Positions 20,304 to 30,417 of a stretch of 64,000 bases of DNA are shown here, one piece after another. The notes beneath the pieces were generated by a model. It searched no databases. It was not told the DNA's origin and saw nothing but the letters and a program-made list of their open reading frames with translations. Within the stretch, counting starts at the first letter, position 1. Each line of letters begins with the position of its first letter. The position numbers and the translations under genes were made by a program. This stretch comes from a bacterium (GTDB lineage Bacteria; CAYTYR01; UBA6262). The DNA is taken from assembly GCA_028712365.1 (NCBI GenBank), contig JAQTQE010000004.1, positions 13,806 through 77,805 on the forward strand, in the 5' to 3' direction.

Positions 20304-21110
20304 ATGATTAATAAGAAAATAGGGATAATCGGCTGCGGTAATATGGGCGGTACTATTGCCCAGGGATTGATCAAGAACAATTTATTTAAAAAACAAAATG
20401 TTTTTATTTGTGATAAAGATAAAAAGAAAATAGCTCACTTAAAGAAAGAAATAAAAGTAAAAAGTATCTGCCCCAGCGTTGAATTGGTTAAAAAAGCGGA
20501 TATTATTATCTTAGCCATAAAGCCAAAGGATTTTGACCAGATCTTACAGAAGATCAGCAAGGCTGTGGGCACAAAAAAACTGGTGATCTCAGTGGCCGCG
20601 GGCATTTCTACCGGCCATATTGAATATTTCCTGGGACCGGTGCCGGTGGTCCGGGTGATGCCTAATTTGGCAGTGGTAGTGGCGACCGGCATGTCTGCCG
20701 TCTGTAAAGGCAAGTTTGCCAGGGGACAGCATCTCTTACTGACTGAAAAAATATTCCGGAGTATCGGTAAGACTGTCGTAGTGCCTGAACCTTTGATGAA
20801 CGCGGTAACAGCGGTTTCCGGCAGCGGGCCAGCGTATATTTTTGAGGTCATGGAAGACATGATCCAGGCGGCGATGAAAGCGGGTTTATCCAAAGATGTG
20901 AGCGAAGAACTGGTCAAGCAAACTGTGTTCGGTTCGGCAAAAATGGTCATAGAAGGGAAAGACGCGCCGGCAGTATTACGGGATCGGGTTACCTCCCCGG
21001 GTGGCACGACCGAAGCGGCGCTGAAACATATGAAACAACACCATTTTGCTGCGGTACTTATAGAAGCGATCCAGCAGGCAAAACGCCGGGCCAAAGAATT
21101 AGGCAGGTAG
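20304..21110 (+). CDS. proC: pyrroline-5-carboxylate reductase ProC
   Basis: 268 aa. N-terminal Rossmann motif IGIIGCGNMGG. Confidence 0.88.
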   Translation: MINKKIGIIGCGNMGGTIAQGLIKNNLFKKQNVFICDKDKKKIAHLKKEIKVKSICPSVELVKKADIIILAIKPKDFDQILQKISKAVGTKKLVISVAAGISTGHIEYFLGPVPVVRVMPNLAVVVATGMSAVCKGKFARGQHLLLTEKIFRSIGKTVVVPEPLMNAVTAVSGSGPAYIFEVMEDMIQAAMKAGLSKDVSEELVKQTVFGSAKMVIEGKDAPAVLRDRVTSPGGTTEAALKHMKQHHFAAVLIEAIQQAKRRAKELGR

Positions 21111-21111
21111 A

Positions 21112-22086
21112 ATGAAAAAAATAATCAGGATATCAGCTTTATTGATCTGCGCATTGTTTTTATTGATGCCTGGCATATGCCGGACAGAGGAATTAAATAG
21201 TGATTGGCAAAGCCAGTCAATGCCTCTGTATACTACCAGGATCTTATCTTTACATTCCGGGTTTTTACAAGGATATACCAAATATCGTATTAATTTTAGC
21301 GGTGGAGCCAGTGAACTGGAATTCCCTCTGGATGTGCCGGTTTGGGGAGTTAAAGGTATATTGGGCTATAAAAACGTGTCCAGTGACCTGAATGAGACTG
21401 CCAGGCTGGTTTTTACTTATCTTACCAACACCAGTCAGGCTGCAGGAAAAATGAAGGATTCAGACTGGATCGATAGTGATGGCCATGATGGGGTGGATAT
21501 TTATTCGGAATCTGATACTGAATTGAAGGCCGAGATCCTGGCTTTTGATTATCTCTATAACCTATATCCGAACCAGCTGGTCAGTTTTGGCCCGCTGGCC
21601 GGTTATCAATTATATAAATTCAAATATCGCGTTTATAATACGGTGCAAGTTGGTTATGGCCCGTATAGCTCTTCTGCCAGCGCTTCTGTCAGCACTAAAA
21701 CCCTGGACTATTACGTCAGATATGAGGCTATTTACCTGGGTGTGGGCTTGATCAGCGGGAATATCCAGGATCTTACTTTCAATGCCGGATTCGGTTATTC
21801 CCCCTGGGCTAAAGCCAGCGACCGGGATGACCATATCCAGAGAAAAAAGCTGAGCGAAGGGGATGCCCATGGTTCTGCCTATATCTTTAAGGGTGACGCG
21901 GAATGGCGTTTTGCCGGACAATGGTCTTTGCAATTCGCCAGCCAGTATCAAAAGTTCAATACAGATGGTACGCAGCACCAGTCTTTTTATGATGATCCGG
22001 CTCTGGCCAGCGTCGTCTTTGATGTTGACGACAAAATATCTGCGGAGAATTATTTTATAACTGCCGGGATAGCTTATTATTTTTAA
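21112..22086 (+). CDS. putative outer-membrane beta-barrel protein (signal peptide, C-terminal Phe)
   Basis: 324 aa. N-terminal signal peptide. Alternating amphipathic strands. C-terminal ...GIAYYF aromatic terminus typical of OMPs. Confidence 0.55.
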   Translation: MKKIIRISALLICALFLLMPGICRTEELNSDWQSQSMPLYTTRILSLHSGFLQGYTKYRINFSGGASELEFPLDVPVWGVKGILGYKNVSSDLNETARLVFTYLTNTSQAAGKMKDSDWIDSDGHDGVDIYSESDTELKAEILAFDYLYNLYPNQLVSFGPLAGYQLYKFKYRVYNTVQVGYGPYSSSASASVSTKTLDYYVRYEAIYLGVGLISGNIQDLTFNAGFGYSPWAKASDRDDHIQRKKLSEGDAHGSAYIFKGDAEWRFAGQWSLQFASQYQKFNTDGTQHQSFYDDPALASVVFDVDDKISAENYFITAGIAYYF

Positions 22087-22107
22087 ACATCCTAAAAAGG
22101 ATGTTTT
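22085..22107 (+). terminator. intrinsic terminator-like hairpin after the OMP gene
   Basis: AAACATCCT-AAAA-AGGATGTTT perfect 9-bp stem followed by Ts. Confidence 0.5.
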
Positions 22108-22142
22108 GATTACGCGGATTTCAGAAGAAGATTACGCGGATT
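22108..22142 (-). promoter_or_regulatory. tandem GATTACGCGGATT pair (reverse complement of the same motif, 22-bp phasing) upstream of mtnA
   Basis: gattacgcggatt at 22108-22120 and 22130-22142. Confidence 0.45.
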
Positions 22143-22161
22143 TAAATCGGAGAGAATATTA

Positions 22162-23205
22162 ATGCGGGTACAAACGCTGTATTATAAGAATCATGTTTTA
22201 TATGTGCTGGACCAGTTACAATTGCCGCGCTATAAAAAATATATTGTATGTCGCGATTGGCGGCAGGTGGCCCAGGTAATTAAGAAAATGAATATCCGCG
22301 GCGCGCCGGCGATCGGAGTGGCGGCAGCTTTTGGGATCGCTCTGGCGGCCCGGGAACAAAATACCAGTGACAGACAGCGTTTCCTGGATCAGATTTACAT
22401 AGCGTCAAAAGCATTGGTCTCCACCAGGCCTACGGCGGTGAACCTGGCTTGGGCTATAAAACGAATGCTTGATTATCTGGAAACGATCAAATCCCGGGAT
22501 ATTAAAGGTATTAAAACATTCTTGGAGAAAAAAGCGCAGCAGGTCCTGGCTGAAGATGTGCTCATTAATAAGAAAATGGCGGTTCAAGGGGAGAAACTTA
22601 TCCCCGGAAATGCCCGGGTGCTCACTCATTGCAATGCCGGAGCCCTGGCCACTGCGGGTTATGGCACTGCGCTGGGAGTTATCCGGGAAGCGCATAAACG
22701 CGGTAAAAAAATAACCGTATGGGTTGATGAGACCAGGCCTTATCTGCAAGGCGCGCGCCTTACTGCCTGGGAATTGAAAGAAGAGAAAATACCTTTTTAC
22801 CTGATCAGCGATAATATGGCGGGACATTTTATTTCGCGCGGAGAAGTGGATTGCATTATTACCGGCGCTGACCGGGTAGCCGCTAATGGCGATACAGCCA
22901 ATAAGATCGGCACTTATTCCCTGGCCGTATTAGCCAAAGAAAACTGCATCCCTTTTTATATTGCCGCGCCATGTTCTACGATTGACCTGCATATTAAGAG
23001 CGGGTCAGAAATCCCTATTGAGGAACGTTCAGCTGAAGAGGTTACCTGTATTGCCGGTAAAAGGATAGCACCGCCGGGAATCAAGGTGAAAAATCCAGCT
23101 TTTGACGTGACGCCACATAAATATATTACGGCGATCATCACTGAAAAGGGGATAGTAAAAAAACCGTATTTAAAGAACTTGAAAAAATTAAAAAAATCTT
23201 TGTAG
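22162..23205 (+). CDS. mtnA: S-methyl-5-thioribose-1-phosphate isomerase MtnA (eIF-2B alpha/beta/delta family)
   Basis: 347 aa. IRGAPAIGVAAAFG motif characteristic of the MtnA/eIF2B family. Confidence 0.85.
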   Translation: MRVQTLYYKNHVLYVLDQLQLPRYKKYIVCRDWRQVAQVIKKMNIRGAPAIGVAAAFGIALAAREQNTSDRQRFLDQIYIASKALVSTRPTAVNLAWAIKRMLDYLETIKSRDIKGIKTFLEKKAQQVLAEDVLINKKMAVQGEKLIPGNARVLTHCNAGALATAGYGTALGVIREAHKRGKKITVWVDETRPYLQGARLTAWELKEEKIPFYLISDNMAGHFISRGEVDCIITGADRVAANGDTANKIGTYSLAVLAKENCIPFYIAAPCSTIDLHIKSGSEIPIEERSAEEVTCIAGKRIAPPGIKVKNPAFDVTPHKYITAIITEKGIVKKPYLKNLKKLKKSL

Positions 23206-23257
23206 AAATCAGAACCTTGTTTATAGATTAAGACATAATTTGTACTGGGAGGAATAG

Positions 23258-26047
23258 GTGGACTATAGCAAGACCGTAAATTTGCCAAATACTGATTTTC
23301 CCATGAAAGCGGATTTGCCCAGACGCGAGCCGGAAATGCTGAAGACCTGGGAAGAAGCGAAGCTCTACCAGCAAGTCCGCCAACAGGCCGAGGGCAAACC
23401 AAAATTCATTTTGCATGATGGTCCGCCTTATGCTAACGGCCATATCCACCTGGGACATGCCTTAAATAAAATACTCAAAGATATAGTGGTTAAATATAAG
23501 ATCTTGCAGGGATTTGACGTGCCCTTTAATCCCGGCTGGGATTGTCACGGCTTGCCGGTCGAACACCAGTTATTCAAAGAACTGAAGATCACCAAGCATG
23601 AAATAGACCAGGTGACTTTCCGGCAAAAAGCTCGTGTTTACGCGCAGAAGTTCATTGACATTCAGCGGGAAGAATTTAAGCGGCTGGGATTACTGGCAGA
23701 TTGGGATAATCCCTATATCACCATGACCAATGAGTATGAAGCGGCTATCATCGGTGTGTTCAAAGAATTGGTAAGAAAAGATTATATTTATAAAGGTTTG
23801 AAGCCGGTGCATTGGTGCGCGACCTGCGAGACGGCCTTGGCCGAGGCGGAAGTGGAATACGCGGACCATACTTCACCGTCGGTTTATGTCAAATTTCCGG
23901 TAAAAAATGAAAAAGACACTTATGTTCTCATCTGGACTACTACTCCCTGGACCTTGCCAGCCAATGTGGCGGTCGCTTTCCACCCGGAAAGCGAGTACGC
24001 TTATATTAAAACCGGTAATGAGACCTGGATTCTGGCTGAACAGCTGGCAGAGCGGGTGATGTCCAAAGCGAAACTCACCGGCTATGCCGTACTGAAAAAA
24101 GTATCAGGCAAAACCTTGGAGGGTTTAAAATTACAGCATCCTTTTATTGATAGGGAAGTTGTTGGTATACTGGGAGATTTTGTCACTATGGAAGATGGTA
24201 CCGGGGTGGTGCATATTGCTCCCGGCCATGGTGAAGAAGACTACCTGGCGGGTAAAAAATATAACCTGCCGATCATTGCCCCGGTCAATGACCAGGGTAA
24301 ATTCACCGCTGACGTCAAAGACTTTGCCGGGCAGTTCGTTTTTAAGGCGAACGAGCCGATCAAGAGTTTATTATCGAGTAAGAACCTGCTGGTCCATACT
24401 GAAGAGATTACCCATTCTTATCCCCATTGCTGGCGCTGTAAGAAACCAGTGATCTTCCGCGCTACCGAGCAATGGTTTCTGGGCGTAGACCGGCATGGCT
24501 TGCGCCAGGAGTTGCTGGCTAACATCAAGAAAGTGACTTGGGTGCCGGCTATCGGACAGAACCGTATTGCCAGTATGGTCGAACAGCGGCCTGATTGGTG
24601 CCTTTCACGGCAGCGCTATTGGGGTATGCCAATACCGATCTTTTATTGCAAGGAATGTAATACCGACCTGATGGATGTCGCAGCGATAGAGGCAGTGGAA
24701 AATATGGTGCGCCGCGAAGGCAGTGATAGCTGGTACATAAAAACACCGTCGGAGATCTTGCCGGAAAATATAAAATGCTCCAAGTGCGGTAGCCGTAATT
24801 TCCGCAAGGAAACCGATATTCTCGATGTCTGGTTTGATTCAGGGGTAAGCCATACAGCGGTACTAAAGCATCCGGAAATATTTCCCGGGGTTACTTGGCC
24901 CAGCGATATGTACCTTGAAGGTAGTGACCAGCATAGGGGCTGGTTCCAGACTTCCTTGATCACCTCTGTGGCTGCTACCGGGCAAGCGCCGTACAAAACT
25001 GTTTTGACGCATGGTTTCACTGTCGATGGTGAAGGCAAGAAAATGAGCAAATCACTGGGTAATGTCATTAGCCCGCAGAATATCTATTCACAACAGGGCG
25101 CGGATATTATCCGCCTTTGGGTGTCCAGTGAAGATTATACGGAAGACGCGCGCCTGTCACCGGATATTATCAAGCGTTTGACGGAAGCCTATCGTAAGAT
25201 CAGGAATACGGTCAGGTATTTCCTGGCCAATACCTATGACTTTGACGCGGCTAAGGACTCAGTCCCTTATGCCCGGATGACGGATATAGATAAATGGGCC
25301 TTGCACAAGTTGCAGGAGCTGGTAGCAGAGGTTACCAGTGCCTATGATTCCTACCAGTTTCACCAAGTATATTCGAAAACTTATAATTTCTGTGTCGTAG
25401 CCATGAGTTCGTTTTACTTGGACGTGCTTAAAGACCGGCTCTATACCTTTAAAAGCGACGGTTTAGCCAGGCGCTCGGCCCAGACCGTTCTCTATGAAAT
25501 ATTGGGGACTCTGGCCAGGCTATTGGCTCCGATCATGTCTTTCACCGCCGAAGAGATTTGGCGCTATATTCCCGGAAAGAACAAGCAAAAGAGTGTTTTT
25601 CTGGCATCTTTCCCGATAGTGAAGAAAGAATACCTGAATAATGACTTGATCGCGGAGTGGGATAGAGTATTACTCTTACGAGGCGAGGTTTCTAAAGCCC
25701 TGGAAATTGCCAGGCGGGATAAGATCATCAATAGTTCCTTGGAAGCGAAAGTCCTGGTTTATTTGCCTGTTAACCATGAACTAACTGGTGTGCTCAGGAA
25801 ATTTGACCATTCCTGGCCTTCTATCCTCATCGTGTCACAAGCTGAGCTGCCTGCCGAGCCGCTAACAGGTGATAAAGTATTCTCTTCCCCGGAAATAACA
25901 GGATTACAGATAATGGTGACCAAGGCCGAAGGAACAAAGTGCAGCCGCTGCTGGAATTATAGCAAAGCCGTTGGGCAGGATAAAGACCATCCTGAGATCT
26001 GCGAACGTTGCTTGCCGGTAGTGATGGGAAAGGACCAGCGCGCATGA
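23258..26047 (+). CDS. ileS: isoleucine--tRNA ligase IleS
   Basis: 929 aa. HIGH (HLGHAL) and KMSKS motifs. C-terminal Zn finger CxxC..CxxC. The N-terminus resembles E. coli IleS. GTG start. Confidence 0.95.
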   Translation: MDYSKTVNLPNTDFPMKADLPRREPEMLKTWEEAKLYQQVRQQAEGKPKFILHDGPPYANGHIHLGHALNKILKDIVVKYKILQGFDVPFNPGWDCHGLPVEHQLFKELKITKHEIDQVTFRQKARVYAQKFIDIQREEFKRLGLLADWDNPYITMTNEYEAAIIGVFKELVRKDYIYKGLKPVHWCATCETALAEAEVEYADHTSPSVYVKFPVKNEKDTYVLIWTTTPWTLPANVAVAFHPESEYAYIKTGNETWILAEQLAERVMSKAKLTGYAVLKKVSGKTLEGLKLQHPFIDREVVGILGDFVTMEDGTGVVHIAPGHGEEDYLAGKKYNLPIIAPVNDQGKFTADVKDFAGQFVFKANEPIKSLLSSKNLLVHTEEITHSYPHCWRCKKPVIFRATEQWFLGVDRHGLRQELLANIKKVTWVPAIGQNRIASMVEQRPDWCLSRQRYWGMPIPIFYCKECNTDLMDVAAIEAVENMVRREGSDSWYIKTPSEILPENIKCSKCGSRNFRKETDILDVWFDSGVSHTAVLKHPEIFPGVTWPSDMYLEGSDQHRGWFQTSLITSVAATGQAPYKTVLTHGFTVDGEGKKMSKSLGNVISPQNIYSQQGADIIRLWVSSEDYTEDARLSPDIIKRLTEAYRKIRNTVRYFLANTYDFDAAKDSVPYARMTDIDKWALHKLQELVAEVTSAYDSYQFHQVYSKTYNFCVVAMSSFYLDVLKDRLYTFKSDGLARRSAQTVLYEILGTLARLLAPIMSFTAEEIWRYIPGKNKQKSVFLASFPIVKKEYLNNDLIAEWDRVLLLRGEVSKALEIARRDKIINSSLEAKVLVYLPVNHELTGVLRKFDHSWPSILIVSQAELPAEPLTGDKVFSSPEITGLQIMVTKAEGTKCSRCWNYSKAVGQDKDHPEICERCLPVVMGKDQRA

Positions 26048-26481
26048 TCTTATTGATCATTTTTTTGTTAGTCTTATTGGCTGACCAATATACTAAATTA
26101 ATCGTTCAGCAAGATATGATCGTTGGCCAGACGATACCGGTTATCCATAAGATCTTTCATTTTACTTATGTGCAAAATAGCGGCGGGGCTTTTGGCATCC
26201 TGCGCGGCAAGACCAATCTTTTTATCATTATTTCCATTATTGTTATCTTGTTCATTATTTATTTTATGTTCAAAGAAGAGAAGAAAGACTATTTTGTAAA
26301 AACAGTGTTCTCCTTCATCCTGGGAGGAGCGATCAGTAATCTTATCGATCGCATGAGATTAGGATATGTAGTGGATTTCATAGATTTTCAGGTCTGGCCG
26401 GTATTTAATATAGCTGATTCAGCCATTAGTATCGGGATGGTGTTACTGTTCATTCGTTTATTTTTTAAAAAGGAGAGATAA
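26044..26481 (+). CDS. lspA: lipoprotein signal peptidase II LspA
   Basis: 4-transmembrane membrane protein. Classic ileS-lspA pairing. The ATG overlaps the ileS TGA (ATGA). Confidence 0.85.
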   Translation: MILLIIFLLVLLADQYTKLIVQQDMIVGQTIPVIHKIFHFTYVQNSGGAFGILRGKTNLFIIISIIVILFIIYFMFKEEKKDYFVKTVFSFILGGAISNLIDRMRLGYVVDFIDFQVWPVFNIADSAISIGMVLLFIRLFFKKER

Positions 26482-27243
26482 GTGTATCCTATTTTCCTGC
26501 AATTAGGCTCCCTGGTCATTCATACCTATGGAGTACTGGTAGCTCTGGGATTTTTAGCGGCGATAATCCTGTCCAGTACCAGGGCGCAAGAATACGGCAT
26601 GGACCGTGACTTTATTTTTGACCTGAGCTTTTGGATCTTGGTCAGCGCGCTGATCGGGGCCAGGGTTTTGGAAGTACTGGCTAATTTCCCTTATTATCGG
26701 CTGGATCCCATAAGGATAGTGAAGATATGGGAAGGCGGGCTTAGTTTTTTTGGTGGCTTGACCGGCGGTGTCCTGGGCGGAATTTGGTACGTAAAACGGA
26801 AAAAATTGTCAGTCTGGAATTGCGGTGACCTTCTGGTCCCGTATTTAGCCTTGGGACAGGCGATCGGCCGGATCGGTTGTTTTTCTGCCGGCTGTTGTTA
26901 TGGCAAAGTATGCAGCGCGTCCTGGGCAGTGCATTTTAGTCATCCCCAGTCATTAGCTCCCACAGGTATTCCTTTGCATCCCACCCAGATATATGAATCA
27001 CTGGCTGACTTCATAATTTTTCTTATTTTGCTTAACGTCGGTAAGAAACGGGAATTTAACGGGCAGGTTTTCCTGCTATATTTTATATTGTATGGCGCGG
27101 TCAGGTTTATCATCGAATTTTATCGTGGTGATAATCCAACGATCTGGTATAGCCTGACTTTATATCAGATGTTCAGCGTAGCGATACTGGTTACCGCAGG
27201 GATAATATATACCATAAAATGGAAAAAACAAAAGAACAAATAA
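26482..27243 (+). CDS. lgt: prolipoprotein diacylglyceryl transferase Lgt
   Basis: 253 aa. Lgt signature EGGLSFFGGLTGG. GTG start. Confidence 0.88.
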   Translation: MYPIFLQLGSLVIHTYGVLVALGFLAAIILSSTRAQEYGMDRDFIFDLSFWILVSALIGARVLEVLANFPYYRLDPIRIVKIWEGGLSFFGGLTGGVLGGIWYVKRKKLSVWNCGDLLVPYLALGQAIGRIGCFSAGCCYGKVCSASWAVHFSHPQSLAPTGIPLHPTQIYESLADFIIFLILLNVGKKREFNGQVFLLYFILYGAVRFIIEFYRGDNPTIWYSLTLYQMFSVAILVTAGIIYTIKWKKQKNK

Positions 27244-28184
27244 TAGAATTTACCGCTAGCCAGGATGGCCGCCTGGATATTCTGCTGGCGGAGAAGCTTT
27301 CCCGTTCCCGGGCGATGGCGCAAAAGATCATCCGGGAGCAGGGGATTTGCCGGATAGCGCCCAGCCGGAAAATGATCAGGAAGACCGGCTATAAAACTAC
27401 TGCCGGGGAAATCTTCCAGGTCTCTATCCCGGGACTTAAAGAATTACCCCTGGCTGCTGAGAATATTTTTTTGCCGGTATTATATGAAGATCAGTACTTG
27501 ATAGTTATTAATAAACCAGCCGGAATGATGGTCCATCCCGTAGGCAAAATAAAAACCGGTACATTGGTTAACGCTCTTTTAAAGCGCTGCATGGACCTCT
27601 CGCAGATCGGTGGTTGTGTCCGTCCGGGTATTGTGCACCGGCTGGACAAGGACACCAGCGGAGTGATGGTAGTAGCCAAGAATGATGCTACCCATCAACA
27701 TCTTTGCGGACAGTTTGCCCGCAGTCAGGTAAAGAAAACCTATCTGGCCCTGGTTCATGGCCGGATGTCCAGTCGCAAAGGGTTGATCAATGCCAGGATC
27801 AGCCGCGGCCGGACTGACCGGACGAAAATGAAAGTATCAGGCGCTGAGGGACGTGCGGCAGTGACTGAATATGAAGTCGTGAAACAGTACCCGCAAATAG
27901 CTTTGCTCAGGCTGTTTCCTAAGACCGGCCGCACGCATCAAATACGCGTGCATTTGGCCTTTATCGGACATCCGATCGTTGGTGACTGGAAATACGGCCG
28001 GGAAAAAGACGGCAGTAAGGCCGGGCGGCAGTTGTTACACGCTGAAACCATAAGTTTTATCCACCCGGGGACAAAAGAGCATCTCCGGTTTCAAGCTGAG
28101 TTACCAGCTGATTTTAGAGACGCCCTGACAAGTCAGGACGTCTTGATTACACGGAAAGTTTCCGAAGGACAACTTATTACATGA
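27219..28184 (+). CDS. rluD: 23S rRNA pseudouridine synthase RluD-family (S4 domain + RluA catalytic domain)
   Basis: 321 aa. Catalytic motif HRLDKDTSGVMVVAKN. Confidence 0.88.
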   Translation: MEKTKEQIIEFTASQDGRLDILLAEKLSRSRAMAQKIIREQGICRIAPSRKMIRKTGYKTTAGEIFQVSIPGLKELPLAAENIFLPVLYEDQYLIVINKPAGMMVHPVGKIKTGTLVNALLKRCMDLSQIGGCVRPGIVHRLDKDTSGVMVVAKNDATHQHLCGQFARSQVKKTYLALVHGRMSSRKGLINARISRGRTDRTKMKVSGAEGRAAVTEYEVVKQYPQIALLRLFPKTGRTHQIRVHLAFIGHPIVGDWKYGREKDGSKAGRQLLHAETISFIHPGTKEHLRFQAELPADFRDALTSQDVLITRKVSEGQLIT

Positions 28185-28567
28185 AATGGCTTAAGAAGAT
28201 ATTCAACCAGGAACCAAAACAAGTGACGGTCAGCGGTTTTATCAGCGACATTGAAACCAAGCTGGAAAAGTTCAGGTTGAATGATAAAACCGTGAATAAA
28301 ATGGCTGACCGGGTCAAGGAACTAGATACTGATATCAAATCTTTTAAAGAGAAGATAGATGAGTTTTCCAGGGAGAACGAGCGGATGGATGACCTGGCCC
28401 AGAAGATCATTGAAGTGGTATCGCACATCTATAGCATGGATACTCGCCTGGCACAACTGGAAAAGAAGATCGAACAAATAAAAAAGGAAGTTGGCTTGGA
28501 AGAGCACGGGCCGGAAGGTGAATTGAAAAAGAGACCTTCTGAAAAACAATCTACCTTCGAGTTGTAA
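28181..28567 (+). CDS. hypothetical coiled-coil protein
   Basis: 128 aa. Charged, heptad-rich. No recognisable catalytic motif. Confidence 0.4.
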   Translation: MKWLKKIFNQEPKQVTVSGFISDIETKLEKFRLNDKTVNKMADRVKELDTDIKSFKEKIDEFSRENERMDDLAQKIIEVVSHIYSMDTRLAQLEKKIEQIKKEVGLEEHGPEGELKKRPSEKQSTFEL

Positions 28568-28645
28568 AATCCGCGTAATCCCGTCAGCGGCAGCAATGAT
28601 CACTGATAAGTTTATATTTACAAAAGCAATAATTAATTCAGTGTA

Positions 28646-29389
28646 ATGGATATTAATGTGTATCAAAAACGTTTTTATCGTGACCAGTTCAAAAAGAAAG
28701 AACTGGAATATTTTGAATTGGTGATCAAGGAAAGCGATCTTTTTATCGGTGTAAGTAAAGCCACGGTTGAAATAAGGGAATTAGCCAGGGAGAGATTATT
28801 CCGGTTAAGGCAAGAATTGGAAGACTATATCGCTGAAAATCCAGTATTTGAAATTACCTTTAAACCGATCGAAATAAGAACGGGTGCTCCGGAAGTGGTG
28901 CGGCGAATGGCCCAGGCCGCCCGGCAAGCCGAAGTGGGACCGATGGCCAGTGTTGCCGGATGCCTGGCGGAAATGGTGGGAGAATCGTTGCGCCGGTTAT
29001 CAACTGAAGTGATCATTGAGAATGGGGGAGATCTTTACCTCGCTTCGACCAAACCCAGGATCATCGGTGTATTTGCCGGCGCCTCCAAATTCAGCGGAAG
29101 ATTATCAATGGAGATCACGCCGGAAGAAATGCCGGCAGGTATTTGTACTTCCAGCGGCACTATCGGCCATTCTGTGAGCTTAGGAAAGGCTGATACCTGT
29201 CTGGTCAAAAGCCGGTCCGCGGCCCTGGCCGATGCCTATGCTTCCACTATTGGGAATATGATCAAGGCCAAAGCTGACCTTCCGGCTGCTTTGGAGAGGG
29301 CAAAATCCTTGCCCGGCCTTGAAGGGCTGCTGATCATTATTGAAAATGAAATGGGACTATGGGGTAATATTAAGCTGGTAAGAACCTAA
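28646..29389 (+). CDS. conserved hypothetical protein (possibly UPF0280/ApbE-like fold)
   Basis: 247 aa. GPMASVAG and ENGGDLY segments reminiscent of ApbE/UPF0280. Assignment is tentative. Confidence 0.45.
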   Translation: MDINVYQKRFYRDQFKKKELEYFELVIKESDLFIGVSKATVEIRELARERLFRLRQELEDYIAENPVFEITFKPIEIRTGAPEVVRRMAQAARQAEVGPMASVAGCLAEMVGESLRRLSTEVIIENGGDLYLASTKPRIIGVFAGASKFSGRLSMEITPEEMPAGICTSSGTIGHSVSLGKADTCLVKSRSAALADAYASTIGNMIKAKADLPAALERAKSLPGLEGLLIIIENEMGLWGNIKLVRT

Positions 29390-29408
29390 TAAAAACGAAT
29401 GAAAGGAT

Positions 29409-29486
29409 ACGAATAAAAGCCGAATAGTATTATTAGCCTAATTAGCTATCCTGCCTAGGCAGGCATTCGCGTTATTCGTGAATTTT
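29409..29486 (+). repeat. same repeat family, copy upstream of gmk
   Basis: See 16321-16430. Contains the perfect 14-bp palindrome CCTGCCTAGGCAGG. Confidence 0.65.
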
Positions 29487-30053
29487 ATGAAAAAAGGGAA
29501 ACTCATTGTTTTATCTGGCCCGTCAGGGACCGGTAAAACAACATTATGCCGTGAATTGGTAAAACGTGTTCCTGGCCTGGTATTTTCTATTTCTGCTACT
29601 ACCCGGGATATCAGACCTGGTGAAATAAATGGCCGTGATTACTATTTCCTGGCAGCAGCGGAATTCAAAAAGAAAATAAAAGACCGGGAATTCCTGGAGT
29701 GGGCTAAAGTGTACGATCAGTTCTACGGAACGCTAAAAAAGCCGATCACTGCTAACCTGGCCAAAGGAATAAGCGTCCTGCTGGATATTGATATGCAGGG
29801 CGCATTACAGGTCAAAGCTAAATTCCCCCAGGCGATACTGATATTTATACTGCCGCCCAGCTTGGAAGAATTGCGCCGGCGTTTGATCCAGCGCAAAAGA
29901 GATTCACTGGCCGCCATTGCCAGGCGGATGAAACAAATAGAGGAGGAGATGAAATATATACCGCGCTATGACCAGGTGATCATTAATAAGGACCTGGTGA
30001 AGACAGTTAAATATTTACAGGCCATAGTGAAAAGCCGAATAAATGCCGAATGA
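29487..30053 (+). CDS. gmk: guanylate kinase Gmk
   Basis: P-loop GPSGTGKTT, SATTR and GRDYYF motifs. I moved the start to the ATG at 29487. The track start at 29478 is a GTG. Confidence 0.9.
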   Translation: MKKGKLIVLSGPSGTGKTTLCRELVKRVPGLVFSISATTRDIRPGEINGRDYYFLAAAEFKKKIKDREFLEWAKVYDQFYGTLKKPITANLAKGISVLLDIDMQGALQVKAKFPQAILIFILPPSLEELRRRLIQRKRDSLAAIARRMKQIEEEMKYIPRYDQVIINKDLVKTVKYLQAIVKSRINAE

Positions 30054-30098
30054 AAATCATTCGCTTAATTCGTAATTATAAAAAAGGAGTGTGAAAAC

Positions 30099-30338
30099 GT
30101 GACTGAACAGAAGCATAGCGAAGTTGCAGAACTGACGATGCAGAATGTAGTGGGTAATAAATATAAAGTAGTGTTGGCCTCAGCAGTGGAAGCTAAAAAA
30201 ATGAAAGAACTGGATAAGGATAATAGCGCCAGCCTGGGTAAAATATCCATCGAAGCCATGAATAAAGTATTGATTAAAGCCAACAAGAAAAAAGATAAAG
30301 AAGATGCGGAAGAATTAGCGGAAGAGTTAGAAAAATGA
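30099..30338 (+). CDS. rpoZ: DNA-directed RNA polymerase subunit omega-like (RpoZ)
   Basis: 79 aa. NKYKVVLASAVEAKKM resembles the RpoZ core NRFxLVxxAARRARQ. Lies in the conserved gmk-rpoZ-coaBC order. Confidence 0.6.
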   Translation: MTEQKHSEVAELTMQNVVGNKYKVVLASAVEAKKMKELDKDNSASLGKISIEAMNKVLIKANKKKDKEDAEELAEELEK

Positions 30339-30417
30339 TGTCGATGATAAAGCCCATCACTGGAATCATTGGCAGTTAATCACTGTAATCAGTTCCAAGC
30401 AAAGCGAGGACTAATCT

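Noticed and set aside
20435-21094. 219-aa minus-strand ORF antisense to proC
   Set aside because: Lies entirely inside a well-supported + strand gene and has a low-complexity composition.
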